NCBI GenBank assembly: GCA_963758635.1
Contig: CAVWWD010000006.1
Location: 192,001-256,000 of the forward strand
DNA: 64,000 nucleotides
Source: an uncultured Candidatus Rokubacteria bacterium
GTDB taxonomy: Bacteria; Methylomirabilota; Methylomirabilia; Rokubacteriales; CSP1-6
Direction of reading: 5' to 3'
Part shown: positions 53,658-64,000 of the stretch, in pieces
Position numbering within the stretch: position 1 is the first letter of the stretch
Layout of the letters: the number at the start of each line of letters is the position of its first letter
Notes under the pieces: generated by a model
Database searches by the model: none
What the model was told of the DNA's origin: nothing
What the model saw: the letters and a program-made list of their open reading frames with translations, nothing else
Made by a program: the position numbers and the translations under genes

Positions 53658-56600
53658 ATGCGCTGCCCCCAGTGCAACCAGGACAACCCCTCCGGCGCCC
53701 GCTTCTGCAACGGCTGCGGCGCGCGGCTGGAAGCGGTGTGCGCCGCCTGCGGCCAGGTGAATCCCCCGGCTAGCCGCTTCTGCAACGGCTGCGGGCAACC
53801 GCTCGGCGGGGCGGTGGCCACGGCGCCGGCGCCCGAGAGCTACACGCCCCGCCACCTCGCGGAGAAGATCCTCACCTCGAAGGCCGCCGTCGAGGGGGAG
53901 CGCAAGCAGGTCACCGTGCTCTTCGCCGACCTGAAGGGCTCCATGGAGCTCCTGGCCGACCGCGATCCGGAAGAGGCGCGGAAGATCCTGGACCCGGTGA
54001 TCGAGCTCATGATGGCCGCCGTGCACCGTTACGAGGGCACCGTCAACCAGGTCATGGGCGACGGGATCATGGCCCTCTTCGGCGCCCCGCTCGCCCACGA
54101 GGATCACGCCGTCCGGGCCTGCTACGCCGCGCTCCGGATGCAGGAAGCGGTGAAGCGCCACGCCGAGGAAGTGCGCCGGACGCAGGGCATCAGCGTGCGC
54201 ATCCGCGTCGGCCTCAACTCCGGGGATGTCGTCGTGCGCGCCGTCGGGAGCGACCTCCGGATGGACTACACCGCGGTGGGGCAGACCACGCACCTGGCCG
54301 CGCGCATGGAGCAGCTCGCCGACCCCGGCTCGATCCTCCTGACCCCCGACACCCTGGCCCTTGCCGAGGGGCACATCCAGGTGCGCTCGCTGGGCCCCAC
54401 GCCGGTGAAGGGCCTTGCCGGGCCCATCGAGGTGCACGAGGTGCTCGGCGCCTCCACCGTCCGCTCGCGCTTTCAGGCGGCGGCGGCGCGGGGTCTCTCG
54501 CGATTCGTCGGCCGTACCGTGGAGATCCAGCAGCTGCACGACGCCCTCGAGCACGCGCAGGCCGGCCGGGGACAGGTGGTGGGCGTCGTGGGCGAGCCCG
54601 GGGTCGGCAAGTCGCGCCTCTACCACGAGTTCACGCTCTCGCACCGCGTGCAGGGCTGCTTCGTGCTCGCGAGCGTCTCGGTGTCCTACGGCCGGGCGGC
54701 GGCGTACTTCCCGATCATCGACCTGCTGAAGACGTACTTCCGCATCGACGCGCGGGACGACGCGCGGACCGTCCGAGAGAAGGTGACGGGCCGGCTCCTC
54801 TCCCTCGACCGAGGCCTCGAGCCGTTCCTGCCCGCCGTCCTTTGGCTCCTCGACGTCGCCGTGAGACGCGCCGAGCTGGGAGCGCCTCGATCCGCCGCAG
54901 CGGCGCCGCCAGATCCTCGACGGCGTCAAGCGCTTACTCCTCCGCGAGAGCCAGAACCAGCCCCTCGTCGTCATCTTCGAGGATCTGCACTGGATCGACG
55001 CGGAGACGCAGGCGCTCGTGGAGGCCCTCGTGGAGGGGCTGCCGGCGGCGCGCGTCCTCATGCTGGTCAACTACCGCCCGGAGTACCAGCACGCCTGGGG
55101 CTCGAAGAGCTACTACCGGCAGCTCCGGATCGAGCCCCTGCCCGCCGCGAGCGCGCGGGAGCTGCTCGACGCCCTCCTCGGGGACGACGCCACCGTCCAG
55201 CCGCTGAAGACCCTCCTGATCCAGCGCACGGAGGGCACGCCGTTCTTCCTGGAGGAAGGCGTTCGCGCCCTGGTAGAGACGCGAGTGCTGACGGGCGAGC
55301 GCGGGAGCTACCGCCTGCTGCGGTCGCTCGACACCATCGAGGTGCCCGCCACCGTGAAGGCCCTCCTCGCCGCCCGGATCGACCGGCTGACCTCCGAGGA
55401 CAAGAGCGTGCTCCAGGCCGCCTCGGTCGTCGGCACCGACGTGCCCTTCGACGTGCTCGAGGCCATCGCCGGCGTGCCGCGGGACGCGCTCCGGCACTCG
55501 CCTCGACCGGCTGCAGGCCGCGGAGTTCCTGTACGAGACCGCGCTCTTTCCCACTCTCGAGTACACCTTCAAGCACGCGCTCACCCACGAGGTGACCTAC
55601 GGGAGCCTCCTGGGGGACCGCCGGCGCGCGCTGCACGCGCGCATCGTCGAGGCCATCGAGCGCCTGCACGCGGGGCGGCTGGACGAACAGGTCGATCGAC
55701 TGGCCACACACGCAGTGCGGGGCGAGATCGCCGACAAGGCGGTCACGTATCTCCACCGGGCGGGGGACAAGGCGCTCCGGCGCTCGGCCAACAACGAGGC
55801 CATCTCCTACTACACCCAGGCGCTCGACCTCCTGGCCCGGTGGCCGGCCGGCCCGGAGCGGGAGCGGCAGGAGCTACAGCTCCTCCTCGCCCTGGGGCCG
55901 GCGTTGCAAATGACGCGGGGCTTCGGCGCGGCGGAGGTCGGGCGCACATACCGGCGGGCATCCGAGCTGGGCGAGGCGATCGGCCAGCCGGCCGAGCTCT
56001 TCCAGGCGACGTGGGGCCTGTGGCTCTTCACCATGACCGGCAAGGGCGACTACGCGGCGGGGCGCCGGATCGCCGAGGATCTGATCGCTCTCGGCGAGCG
56101 CCTGGACGACCCCGCCCTCCGGCTGGAGGCCCATCACGCGATGTCGCCGACGACGCTCTGGGTGGGCGACCCAGAGGCGACGCGCCGGCACACCGAGGAA
56201 GGCATCGCCCTCTACGACAAGGATCTGCACCGATCCCTGGCTTTCCTGTACGGGGGTCACGACCCGGGAGTCTGCTGCCGCATGCACTCGTCCGTGGCCC
56301 TGTGGATGCTCGGCCATCCGACGCAGGCCATGGAACGCAGCCGCTCCGGCATGGCCCTCGCCCGAGAGCTCGGCCATCCGGGAAGCATCGTCAACGCCTT
56401 CCCCTTCGCGATCTCCTCCGTTATCTCATCGGCGACAGCGCGACGATGAGCGATCTCGTCGAATCGTTGCTGGCGATGTCTCTCGAGCACGGGTTCCCCA
56501 GTGGCTGGCATACGGGCGCATCTTCGAAGCCTGGATCGGCGGCCAGGGGGACCGGGAGAGCATCGACCGGATCCGCCGCGGAATCAACGAGTATCGCGCG

Positions 56601-57027
56601 GTAAACGTGCTCTGGGTTCCGGCCTTCCATGGGCTCCTGGCCGGCACCTGCCTGAAGCGCGGCGCCACGGAAGAAGGGCTCGAGACCGTCGCCGAGGCTC
56701 TGGCCCTGGCCGACGCGACGGGAGCCCGTCTCTGGACACCGGAGTTGCATCGGCTCAGAGGGCGAGCTGCTGCTCACCTCGCGGGATGCCGCCCCGGAGG
56801 CCGCGGAGGCAGCATTCCGCGAGGCCATCGAGACGTCGCGCGGTCAGGGCACCCGATCCTGGGAGCTGCGGGCCGTGGTCAGCCTGAGCCGCGTCTGGGA
56901 GCGCCAGGGCAAGCGGGAGGAGGCGCGGCGCCTCGTCGCGGAGGCTTACGGTCGGTTCACCGAGGGCCTCGAGACCGCCGACATCGTCGAGGCGCGCCGC
57001 GGATCGACGAGCTCGACCCGGCCCTGA
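53658..57027 (+). CDS. Double zinc ribbon - class III cyclase - AAA ATPase - TPR protein, paralogue 2 (frameshifted)
   Basis: Same motif series as 23613-26979; C-terminal ELRAVVSLSRVW..FTEGLETAD. End approximate. Confidence 0.85.
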
Positions 57028-57047
57028 GCCGGCGGGCCGCTGCGCTC

Positions 57048-57959
57048 TCAGCGCTGGGCGAGGGCGGGGAGGATCTCCTCCACGACGATGTCGAGCGTCT
57101 CCATGATCGCGGGATACGTGCTGTAGCTCACCTCGAGCGCCACGTGGCTGCAGCCGGCGGCGCGATAGGCGCGGAGGTCGCGCGCGATCTCGCCCAGGCC
57201 GCCGCGCAGGGCGTGGCGGGTCCCGAGCAGCGCGGGATCCACCGCGGGCCGATGGACGCCGTCGATCAGGATTGGCACGCGGAGCGTCAGCTCCGGCGAT
57301 CCCTCGCGCCCGGCTTCCTTCCAGAGGTTCCCCACCGCGAGCGCGCCCGCGCGGAACGCCGCGGGGTTCATGCTCGACGCGTGCCAGCCGTCGCCCAGAC
57401 GCGCCACGCGGCGGTACGCCGCCTCGCTGGCGCCGCCGATGAGGATGGGCGGGCGCGGCTTCTGGAGCGGCATCGGCGACATCCGCATGCCGGACACGTG
57501 GTGCCGCGCGGTGTGGATCTCCGGGTACGGTTGCGTCCACACCGAGCGGAAGATCTCGAGCGCCTCGTCGGCGCGGCTGCCGCGCTCCTTGAACGGCACG
57601 CCGAGGGCGTCGAACTCGCCCTCGAGCCAGCCCACCGCCGCGCCCACGATGAGCCGGCCGCCCGAGAGCACGTCGACGCTGGCGAGGAGCTTGGCCACGG
57701 GAAGCGGCGAGCGGTACGGCAGCACCACCACGCTCGTCCCGAGCGCGATCCGATCGGTGACCCCGGCCAGCCACGGCAGCATGGCGAGCGGGTCGAGCAT
57801 GTCCTCCCGATAGATCAGCGCGGTGTCGCGGGGCACCGTCACGTGGTCGGTGACCCAGACCGAGTCGAGGCGGATCTCCTCGGCGCGAAGCACGAGCTCG
57901 TAGATCCGCTCGGTCTCGATGGGCCGGCCGTAGTGCGGGACACAGATGCCGATCTTCAT
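57048..57959 (-). CDS. LLM-class flavin/F420-dependent oxidoreductase
   Basis: SVWVTDH, LGTSVVVLPYR, DVLSGGR, GWLEGEF. Confidence 0.88.
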   Translation of the reverse strand: MKIGICVPHYGRPIETERIYELVLRAEEIRLDSVWVTDHVTVPRDTALIYREDMLDPLAMLPWLAGVTDRIALGTSVVVLPYRSPLPVAKLLASVDVLSGGRLIVGAAVGWLEGEFDALGVPFKERGSRADEALEIFRSVWTQPYPEIHTARHHVSGMRMSPMPLQKPRPPILIGGASEAAYRRVARLGDGWHASSMNPAAFRAGALAVGNLWKEAGREGSPELTLRVPILIDGVHRPAVDPALLGTRHALRGGLGEIARDLRAYRAAGCSHVALEVSYSTYPAIMETLDIVVEEILPALAQR

Positions 57960-58984
57960 GGCTTCTCCTCCGAGGTTGGGAACGACGCCGGGGACGACGC
58001 GCGGGCCAGCGCGTAGGCCTGGTCGATGAGAACGGCGGCGCGGGCGCACTCCCGCACGCCCGCGGGCGGCGGCGCGCCGCGGCGGAAGCAGTCGAGGACG
58101 TCGCGGAGCGCGGTCACGTAGAGCGGCTCCGGCGGCTGGCCCGGCGTGGTCTCCGTCCCGTCCGCCGTCTCCAGCCGGATCGTGTCGTCCTTCAACGCGA
58201 GGATGGCGTCGCGCCCCGCGATCTTCCACTCGCCGTCGGTGCCGTTGCGCGGGAAGGTGTTGCCCACCTCGATGGTGCCGAGCACGCCGCTCCGCGACTG
58301 CAGCAGGACCGAGGCGTAGTCCTCGACCGCGTGGCCAAGCGCGCGGGCGCTCACCTGGGCGCCGGTCACGCGCGCGTCCTCGCCGGTGAGGTGGCAGAAC
58401 AGGTCGAAGCCGTGGGTGCCGAGGTTGCGCAGGCACCCGCCGCCCGCGACGGCGGGATCCAGCATCCACGGCGAGCCCCACGCCGGGTAGCGGCCAGACG
58501 TGGGCCGGTTCAGCCGGAAGTAGACGTGCGAGACGGGCCCGAACCGGCCGGCGGCAAGAAGCTCACGGGCGCGGGCCACCCACGGCTGGTAGCGCTGGGC
58601 CAGCGCCACCGCCACGAAGGCGCGCTTCGCCGCCGCCTTGTCGGCCACGCCTCGCACCTCGGCGGCGTCGAGGCCCATCGGCTTCTCCATCAGGAACGGA
58701 TAGCCCTCCTCGAGCAGGTGATGCGCGGTCTCCGCCATCGTCGAGTGCCGTCCCAGCGCGATCACGAAGTCGGGCCGCGTCTCCGCCAGCATGCGCCGGT
58801 AGTCGGTGAACACGCGGGGCCCGCCGAGCGCGGCGGCGCGCTCCGACGCGATCTCCGGGCTCGGGTCCTGCACGGCGACCAGCGTCGTGTCGGGCATGGC
58901 CACGAGGTTCCGGAGGTACGCCGCGTCCTGGAGCGCGTGCCAGTGGCTCACCTCGATCCCGGCGACCCGGAGCGGGGCGGCCAT
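57956..58984 (-). CDS. Gfo/Idh/MocA oxidoreductase
   Basis: LMEKPM, GGGCLRNLGTH, VEDYA. Confidence 0.85.
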   Translation of the reverse strand: MAAPLRVAGIEVSHWHALQDAAYLRNLVAMPDTTLVAVQDPSPEIASERAAALGGPRVFTDYRRMLAETRPDFVIALGRHSTMAETAHHLLEEGYPFLMEKPMGLDAAEVRGVADKAAAKRAFVAVALAQRYQPWVARARELLAAGRFGPVSHVYFRLNRPTSGRYPAWGSPWMLDPAVAGGGCLRNLGTHGFDLFCHLTGEDARVTGAQVSARALGHAVEDYASVLLQSRSGVLGTIEVGNTFPRNGTDGEWKIAGRDAILALKDDTIRLETADGTETTPGQPPEPLYVTALRDVLDCFRRGAPPPAGVRECARAAVLIDQAYALARASSPASFPTSEEKP

Positions 58985-58987
58985 CGG

Positions 58988-59770
58988 TCAGGCCCACCAG
59001 TAGCGGCGCGCGTACACCACGGTGAGCGCGGCGCCCACCGCGATCACGACGGCGCGCATCAGGGCCGGGGGCAGCGCGCGCGCGAGCCGCCCGCCCGCGA
59101 AGCCTCCCGCCATGGCGCCCACCATCATGCCGGCGGTGGGGCCCCAGGCGATGGCGCCCTGGACGATGAACACGATCGACGCGACGATGCTCACCAGCCC
59201 GGAGAGGAAGTTCTTCACCACGTTGGCGGTGCGCGGGTCGTCGAAGAACCCCGCGGAGAGGATGGCGAGCAGCATCACGCTCATCCCCGCGCCGAAGTAG
59301 CCGCCGTACATGGTCACGGGGAAGAACACGAGGAGCGTGGCGCCGCGCGGCCACTCCGCCCCGGACGCCGCGGGCCCCGTCCGCCCAAGGCTCCAGCGCC
59401 GGATGCGCTCGGCGGCGGCGAAGAGCAGCGTGGCCGCGCCGATGAGGACGGGCACGAGCGTGGTGAACGCCTTGTCCGGCGTCACGAGGAGCAGCGCCGC
59501 GCCCGCCACCGTGCCGGCCATCGCGGTCGCGGCCAGGCCGAGGAGCGATCGGTCCCACGGCGGCATGCGCTGCCGGTCGGCGAGGACGGCGAAGAGGCTC
59601 CCGGGCGCGAGCGCCACCTGGTTCGACGCGTTCGCGATCACCGGCGGGAGCCCGGTGGCGAGGAGCACGGGGAACGTGATGAGCGACGAGCCGCCGACGA
59701 CGGCGGTGACGAGCCCGCCCGCCGCGCCCGCCGCGACCAGCATCGCCAGCGCCTGCGCTTCGGGGCTCAC
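58988..59770 (-). CDS. TauE/SafE family exporter
   Basis: VGGSSLITFP, ANASN, YGGYFGAG. Confidence 0.85.
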   Translation of the reverse strand: MSPEAQALAMLVAAGAAGGLVTAVVGGSSLITFPVLLATGLPPVIANASNQVALAPGSLFAVLADRQRMPPWDRSLLGLAATAMAGTVAGAALLLVTPDKAFTTLVPVLIGAATLLFAAAERIRRWSLGRTGPAASGAEWPRGATLLVFFPVTMYGGYFGAGMSVMLLAILSAGFFDDPRTANVVKNFLSGLVSIVASIVFIVQGAIAWGPTAGMMVGAMAGGFAGGRLARALPPALMRAVVIAVGAALTVVYARRYWWA

Positions 59771-60789
59771 GCCACGCGCGCCGCCACGTCGCCCATGAAG
59801 CGCCGCATGAACGCGCGCGGATCGGGCACGAAGCCCGTGACCACGAACTGGCGCGCGCCCGCGCGCATGGCGCGACGCACCTGGGCCACGCAGTCCTCCG
59901 GCGTGCCCGCGATGGCGAAGCGATCCACGAGGAACTCGGTGAGCCCCCAGCGGTCGGTCAGGTCGGCGTTGCCCGCGCCCGCGATCTCGTGGTGATGCGC
60001 GTCGTACTCGCGCTGGAGCGCGCGGATCTTCTCGTGGAGGTCGGCCGGCACGCCCTTGCCGTCCAGCGTGAAGCGGAACGCGTGGTTCGCGCTGGCCGCC
60101 AGCGCCATCCGGATCGGCTCGACCGCGGCGGCGCGCGTGTCGGCCACGTTGGTCTTGGCGAACCACCACACGTCCAGGTCGTCGAGGCGGCGGCCCGCCG
60201 CGCGCGCGCCGCGCTCGATCGCGGCCAGCGACAGCTCGACCACCTCGGGCGTGAGCCCGAGCCCCACGATCACGCCGTCGGCGACCCGGCCGGCCAGCTC
60301 CAGGGTGCGCGGGCCCTCGGCGGCCAGGTACACGGGCACGCGGCGGGTCGAGCGGCGCACCTGCCAGCGGCGCCCGCCGCGGTCCACCGCGGCGCCGCTG
60401 GTGAGGCGCCCCAGCGTCAGCGTGGCGTCCTCGAGGCCGGCCAGCGTCGCCGGCGGCGCCCCCAGCGTGAAGATGGCGCTGTCGCCCGAGCCCAGGCCGA
60501 GGATCGCGCGCCCGCCCGAGAGCTCGTCGACGCTCGAGATGGCGCTCGCCGTGACGACCAGGTGCCGCGTGAGCGGGTTCGTCACGAGCGGCCCGAGGCG
60601 CACGCGCCGTGTCTCGCGCGCCGCCACCGCGAGCGCCACGTACATCTCGCGGAATACCGACTGCGAGTCGGCCACGCCGAGCAGGTCGAATCCCGTCGTC
60701 TCGGCCTCGCGGCAGAGCTCGCCGAAGTCGGCGAGCGACTCGGGAAGCAAGACGATGCCGAACCGCGCACCGGCGACGGTCACGAGCAA
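59767..60789 (-). CDS. LLM-class (Mer-like) oxidoreductase
   Basis: GVADSQ, VTNPLTRH, GLGSGDSA, AGRVADG. Confidence 0.85.
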   Translation of the reverse strand: MLVTVAGARFGIVLLPESLADFGELCREAETTGFDLLGVADSQSVFREMYVALAVAARETRRVRLGPLVTNPLTRHLVVTASAISSVDELSGGRAILGLGSGDSAIFTLGAPPATLAGLEDATLTLGRLTSGAAVDRGGRRWQVRRSTRRVPVYLAAEGPRTLELAGRVADGVIVGLGLTPEVVELSLAAIERGARAAGRRLDDLDVWWFAKTNVADTRAAAVEPIRMALAASANHAFRFTLDGKGVPADLHEKIRALQREYDAHHHEIAGAGNADLTDRWGLTEFLVDRFAIAGTPEDCVAQVRRAMRAGARQFVVTGFVPDPRAFMRRFMGDVAARVA

Positions 60790-60920
60790 TGTCCGCCCTT
60801 CACGAGATGCGACGGGCGACGGCGCGGCGGGACGTGGGCAGGCGCGGCACGTCGCTTACTCTACCCGATCTCCGTCCCGGGGCGCTTGACGTGCCCGCGC
60901 CGCGAGGGCACGATCCCGGC

Positions 60921-62387
60921 ATGAGCGCCCGCACCGGCGAGCAGTTCCTGGACGGCCTGCGCAAGACGAGGCGCACTCTCTGGGTCGGGGGCGATCGCGT
61001 GGACGACGTCACCGCGCATCCCGCGCTGGCCCAGGCCGCGCGCACGCTGGCCGGCGTCTTCGACCGCCAGCATCGCTACGCCGGCGAGTGCCTCGTGGCC
61101 GATCCCGAGACGGGCGAGCCCACCAGCGTGAGCCACGTGACGCCCTCGCTCGGTCGAGGACCTCAAGCGCCGCAACCGGGCGCTGGCGCGCATCTCCGAG
61201 GCCACCGTCGGCCTGATGGGACGCACGCCGGACTACATGAACGTGAAGTTCGCCTCCTTCGCCTCCCGCAGCGGGGCGTGGGCGGGCCCCGGCGGCGTGA
61301 ACGCGGAGGGCGCGGAGAACCTCGTGCGCTTCCAGCGCCGGCTCGCCCGGGAGGACCTGTCGCTCACCCACACGATCATCCATCCCACCGTGGACAAGGC
61401 GACGGACGCGCGCATCGTGGGCAGCGGGGTGCCGCTCCACAAGGTGGAGGACACCGCGCACGGCATCGTGGTGCGCGGCGCCCGCATCCTCGCCACGCTC
61501 GCGCCGTACGCCGACGAGATCGCCGTGTACCCGGCGCTGCCGATGCCCGCGGACGCCACCGCCTACGCGCTGGCGTTCTCGATCCCCGTGGACACGCCCG
61601 GGCTGATCTTCCTGTGCCGCGACAGCGCAGCCGCGCCGGGCGCGCATCCCTTCGACCGGCCGCTGTCCTCGCGCTTCGACGAGCAGGACGCGTTCGTGAT
61701 CTTCGACAACGTCGAGGTGCCGCGCGAGCGCGTGTTCATCGACGGGTCGGTGGACGTCTACAACGTCATCCGGCAGACCGAGGTGGTCGAGAACCTCACC
61801 AACCAGACCACGGTGCGGGCCCTCACCAAGCTGGAGTTCTCCTACGGGCTCGCCGCGCGCATGGCCGAGGCGATCAACGACCAGAGCGCGGCCACGCAGG
61901 AGATGCTGGGCGAGCTGCTGAGCTACGTGGAGACCACGCGGAGCGCGGTGCTGCTGTCCGCGGAGCACGGGCGCGACGTGGGAGACGGCGTCTGGTGCCC
62001 GGACCGGCGGCCCCTCGCGCCGATGCGCTCGCTCCTGGCCACGTGGTTCCCGCGCGTGGCCGAGATCATCACGCTGATCGGCAGCCACAACCTCCTGGCC
62101 ACGCCGAGCCGGCGCCAGCTCGACGACGCCGAGCTGCGCCCGCTGATCGACGAGTTCCTCCACGGGGCCAACGGCGTCGGGGCCGAGGCCCGCGCCGCGC
62201 TCTTCCGCCTCGCGTGGGACTTCGTGGGCTCCGGGCTCGCCGGGCGGAACCTGCTCTACGAGCGCTTCTACCTCACCTCGGCGGCGCGGAACCGCATCAG
62301 CGCCCACCTCGCCAACACCGACCGGAGCCGGCCGTACGGCCTGGTCGACGACATCCTCGGCGCCGGCCTCGACGCCGGCACGCCTGA
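60921..62387 (+). CDS. 4-hydroxyphenylacetate 3-hydroxylase family oxygenase (frameshifted)
   Basis: RTGEQFLDGL, MGRTPDYMN, RGARILATL, RFDEQDA, LFRLAWD, LYERFY. The in-frame stop appears lost; likely end 62387. Confidence 0.85.
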   Translation: MSARTGEQFLDGLRKTRRTLWVGGDRVDDVTAHPALAQAARTLAGVFDRQHRYAGECLVADPETGEPTSVSHVTPSLGRGPQAPQPGAGAHLRGHRRPDGTHAGLHEREVRLLRLPQRGVGGPRRRERGGRGEPRALPAPARPGGPVAHPHDHPSHRGQGDGRAHRGQRGAAPQGGGHRARHRGARRPHPRHARAVRRRDRRVPGAADARGRHRLRAGVLDPRGHARADLPVPRQRSRAGRASLRPAAVLALRRAGRVRDLRQRRGAARARVHRRVGGRLQRHPADRGGREPHQPDHGAGPHQAGVLLRARRAHGRGDQRPERGHAGDAGRAAELRGDHAERGAAVRGARARRGRRRLVPGPAAPRADALAPGHVVPARGRDHHADRQPQPPGHAEPAPARRRRAAPADRRVPPRGQRRRGRGPRRALPPRVGLRGLRARRAEPALRALLPHLGGAEPHQRPPRQHRPEPAVRPGRRHPRRRPRRRHA

Positions 62388-62391
62388 CCGG

Positions 62392-62580
62392 CTAGCGCTC
62401 GGCGGCGCGGCGCGCGCGGGCCTCGGCGAGGTCCGTCTCGTCGACGTACGCGATCGGATCCGCGTCGAACCGCCGCTTGCACTCCTCGGCGCAGAAGTAG
62501 AACGTCACGCCCTCGAATTCAGACTGTGCGACGGCCGTGACCGGGGAGACTTCCATCCCGCAGACTGGATCGAGCCCCAT
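62392..62580 (-). CDS. YHS-domain protein
   Basis: DPVCGMEV..FYFCAEECKRRFDADP. Confidence 0.88.
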   Translation of the reverse strand: MGLDPVCGMEVSPVTAVAQSEFEGVTFYFCAEECKRRFDADPIAYVDETDLAEARARRAAER

Positions 62581-62780
62581 ATGACCCTCCCTGAGCGGTA
62601 TGTTCGTCGCCCGCGCGGGGCGACGACCACGAGGCCACGCAAGGGCGGTGCCACGGGGGCGGCCTCGGCAATCCGCGGACTTCCCCGCTCCAAGGGCCCG
62701 GGAACCGCAGCGGCCGGGTCTTTTCTTCGCGGGGCGATCCGCGCCAGGCAGCCCTGGCGGCGCCACTCGCCCGAGCGGGA

Positions 62781-64000
62781 TCAGGGAACGCGCGCCGACT
62801 CGATCCTCCTCCCGCCTCGCAGGAATGAGCACACGAGGGCCACCGCCAGGACGCCCAGGCACGCGCCGTAGATCGTCCGCATGGCCGCCACGAAGGCGTG
62901 GGGGTCTGCGGCGGCGCTCGCGGTGGCGTCGGGCACGCCGGAGTAGAGCCGGAAGAGCGCGGTCAGGAGCACGCCGGTGAGCGCGGTGCCGAGGAGCGAC
63001 GCCGTGCCGAACACCATCTGCACCATGCCGGTGGCGAAGCCGCGGTACTCGCGCGGGACCGAGCCCACGATCGCCATCTGGTTCGACGTGTTGAAGAACC
63101 CGGTGCCGATGCCTCCGAGCGCCATCACCAGCGACGGCAGGATCCAGTGCGAGTCCGGGCGCAGAAGGATCCCGACGGCGAACGAGGCGGCGGTCACGAC
63201 AACGCCGATCGACGTGGGGATGCGCGGCCCGATCTGGTCGGCCAGGCGGCCGCTGACGGCGGCGAGCGCGATGGTGAAGACGGGGGCGGACAGGAAGACG
63301 AGCCCCATGGCCGACGCCGAGAGGTGGAGCACGTCCTGCATGTAGAACGGCATGAGCAATCCGACGGCGTTGTAGGTCGTCGAGGTCAGCAGGAGGCTCA
63401 GGACGCTGAACGAGAACATCCGGATCCGGAACAGCGCCAGGTTCACGATGGGATCGACCACGCGCCATTCCTGGATGAAGAAGGCCGCGAGCGTGATCGC
63501 GAAGCCCAGGAGGAGCAGGCCGCGCTGGCCCGCGCCGAGCAGCTCGGCCACGCGCTGGTCGAGGAGCAGCGTGAAGAACACGCTCAGCACCACGAGGAGC
63601 GCCGCCCCGGCGTGATCGATGGGCGCCCGGCGGTCGGCGCGGGCCGGCTGGCCGCGCGCCCGCAGCACGGTGAGGAGCACGCCGGCCACCGCCGACGGGC
63701 ACGAGCAGGAAGAACACCCAGCGCCACGTCAGGAGGTCGATGAGGAAGCCCCCGACCGGCGGGCCCAGCAGGAGGCCGCCGTGGAAGCTCATCGTCATGT
63801 AGCCGTTGGCGCGGCCCGCGGAGGCCGACGGCATCGCCTCCAGCGCGAGCACGCGGGTGGCGGACGCGATCATCGCGGCGCCGATGCCCTGGACGAGCCG
63901 GAACAGGATGAGCCACACCACGTTCGGGGCGAATCCGCAGGCGAGCGAGCTCACGCCCATGATGGCGAAGCCCAGCGCGTAGATGGTGGAGCGCCCGCGG
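62781..64000 (-). CDS. MFS (DHA2-type) transporter, 5' end outside the window, frameshift near 63690
   Basis: LILFRLVQGIGAAM, GPPVGG, WRWVFF, GRLADQIGPR. Confidence 0.88.

Noticed and set aside
61216..62871. C-terminally extended hydroxylase overlapping the YHS and MFS genes
   Set aside because: Similarity ends near 62370, and a TGA at 62385-62387 in an adjacent frame indicates an indel.

Overview
Very GC-rich bacterial genomic segment. The gene content (paralogous double-zinc-ribbon/class III cyclase/AAA/TPR proteins, ABC substrate-binding protein, several LLM oxidoreductases, CoA transferase, MetE-like protein) suggests Candidatus Rokubacteria/Methylomirabilota, which is an inference. Frameshifts in conserved genes indicate an error-prone, probably long-read, sequence. 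Bases 1-6.9 kb form an accessory defence island: a type I R-M operon (hsdR/S/M) led by an AlbA_2/Schlafen-HATPase gene, lying just downstream of an integron attC site and an orphan cassette with no integrase nearby. The rest is housekeeping (typA, ppiA, rhlB, tatC, thiD, rsmI, tRNA-Leu-tig-clpP-clpX, glnS) and many metabolic genes. The most unusual signals are: (1) an otherwise intact RhlB helicase with two in-frame TAG codons at conserved aromatic positions in the same sequence context; (2) an AhpD/CMD-like selenoprotein (CxxU plus SECIS-like hairpin); (3) the attC/attI-like sites at the R-M island; (4) a pair of palindromic ~140-150 bp elements, one flanked by a 14-bp duplication; (5) several collapsed or remnant genes and many apparently leaderless genes. 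No CRISPR array or rRNA was seen.
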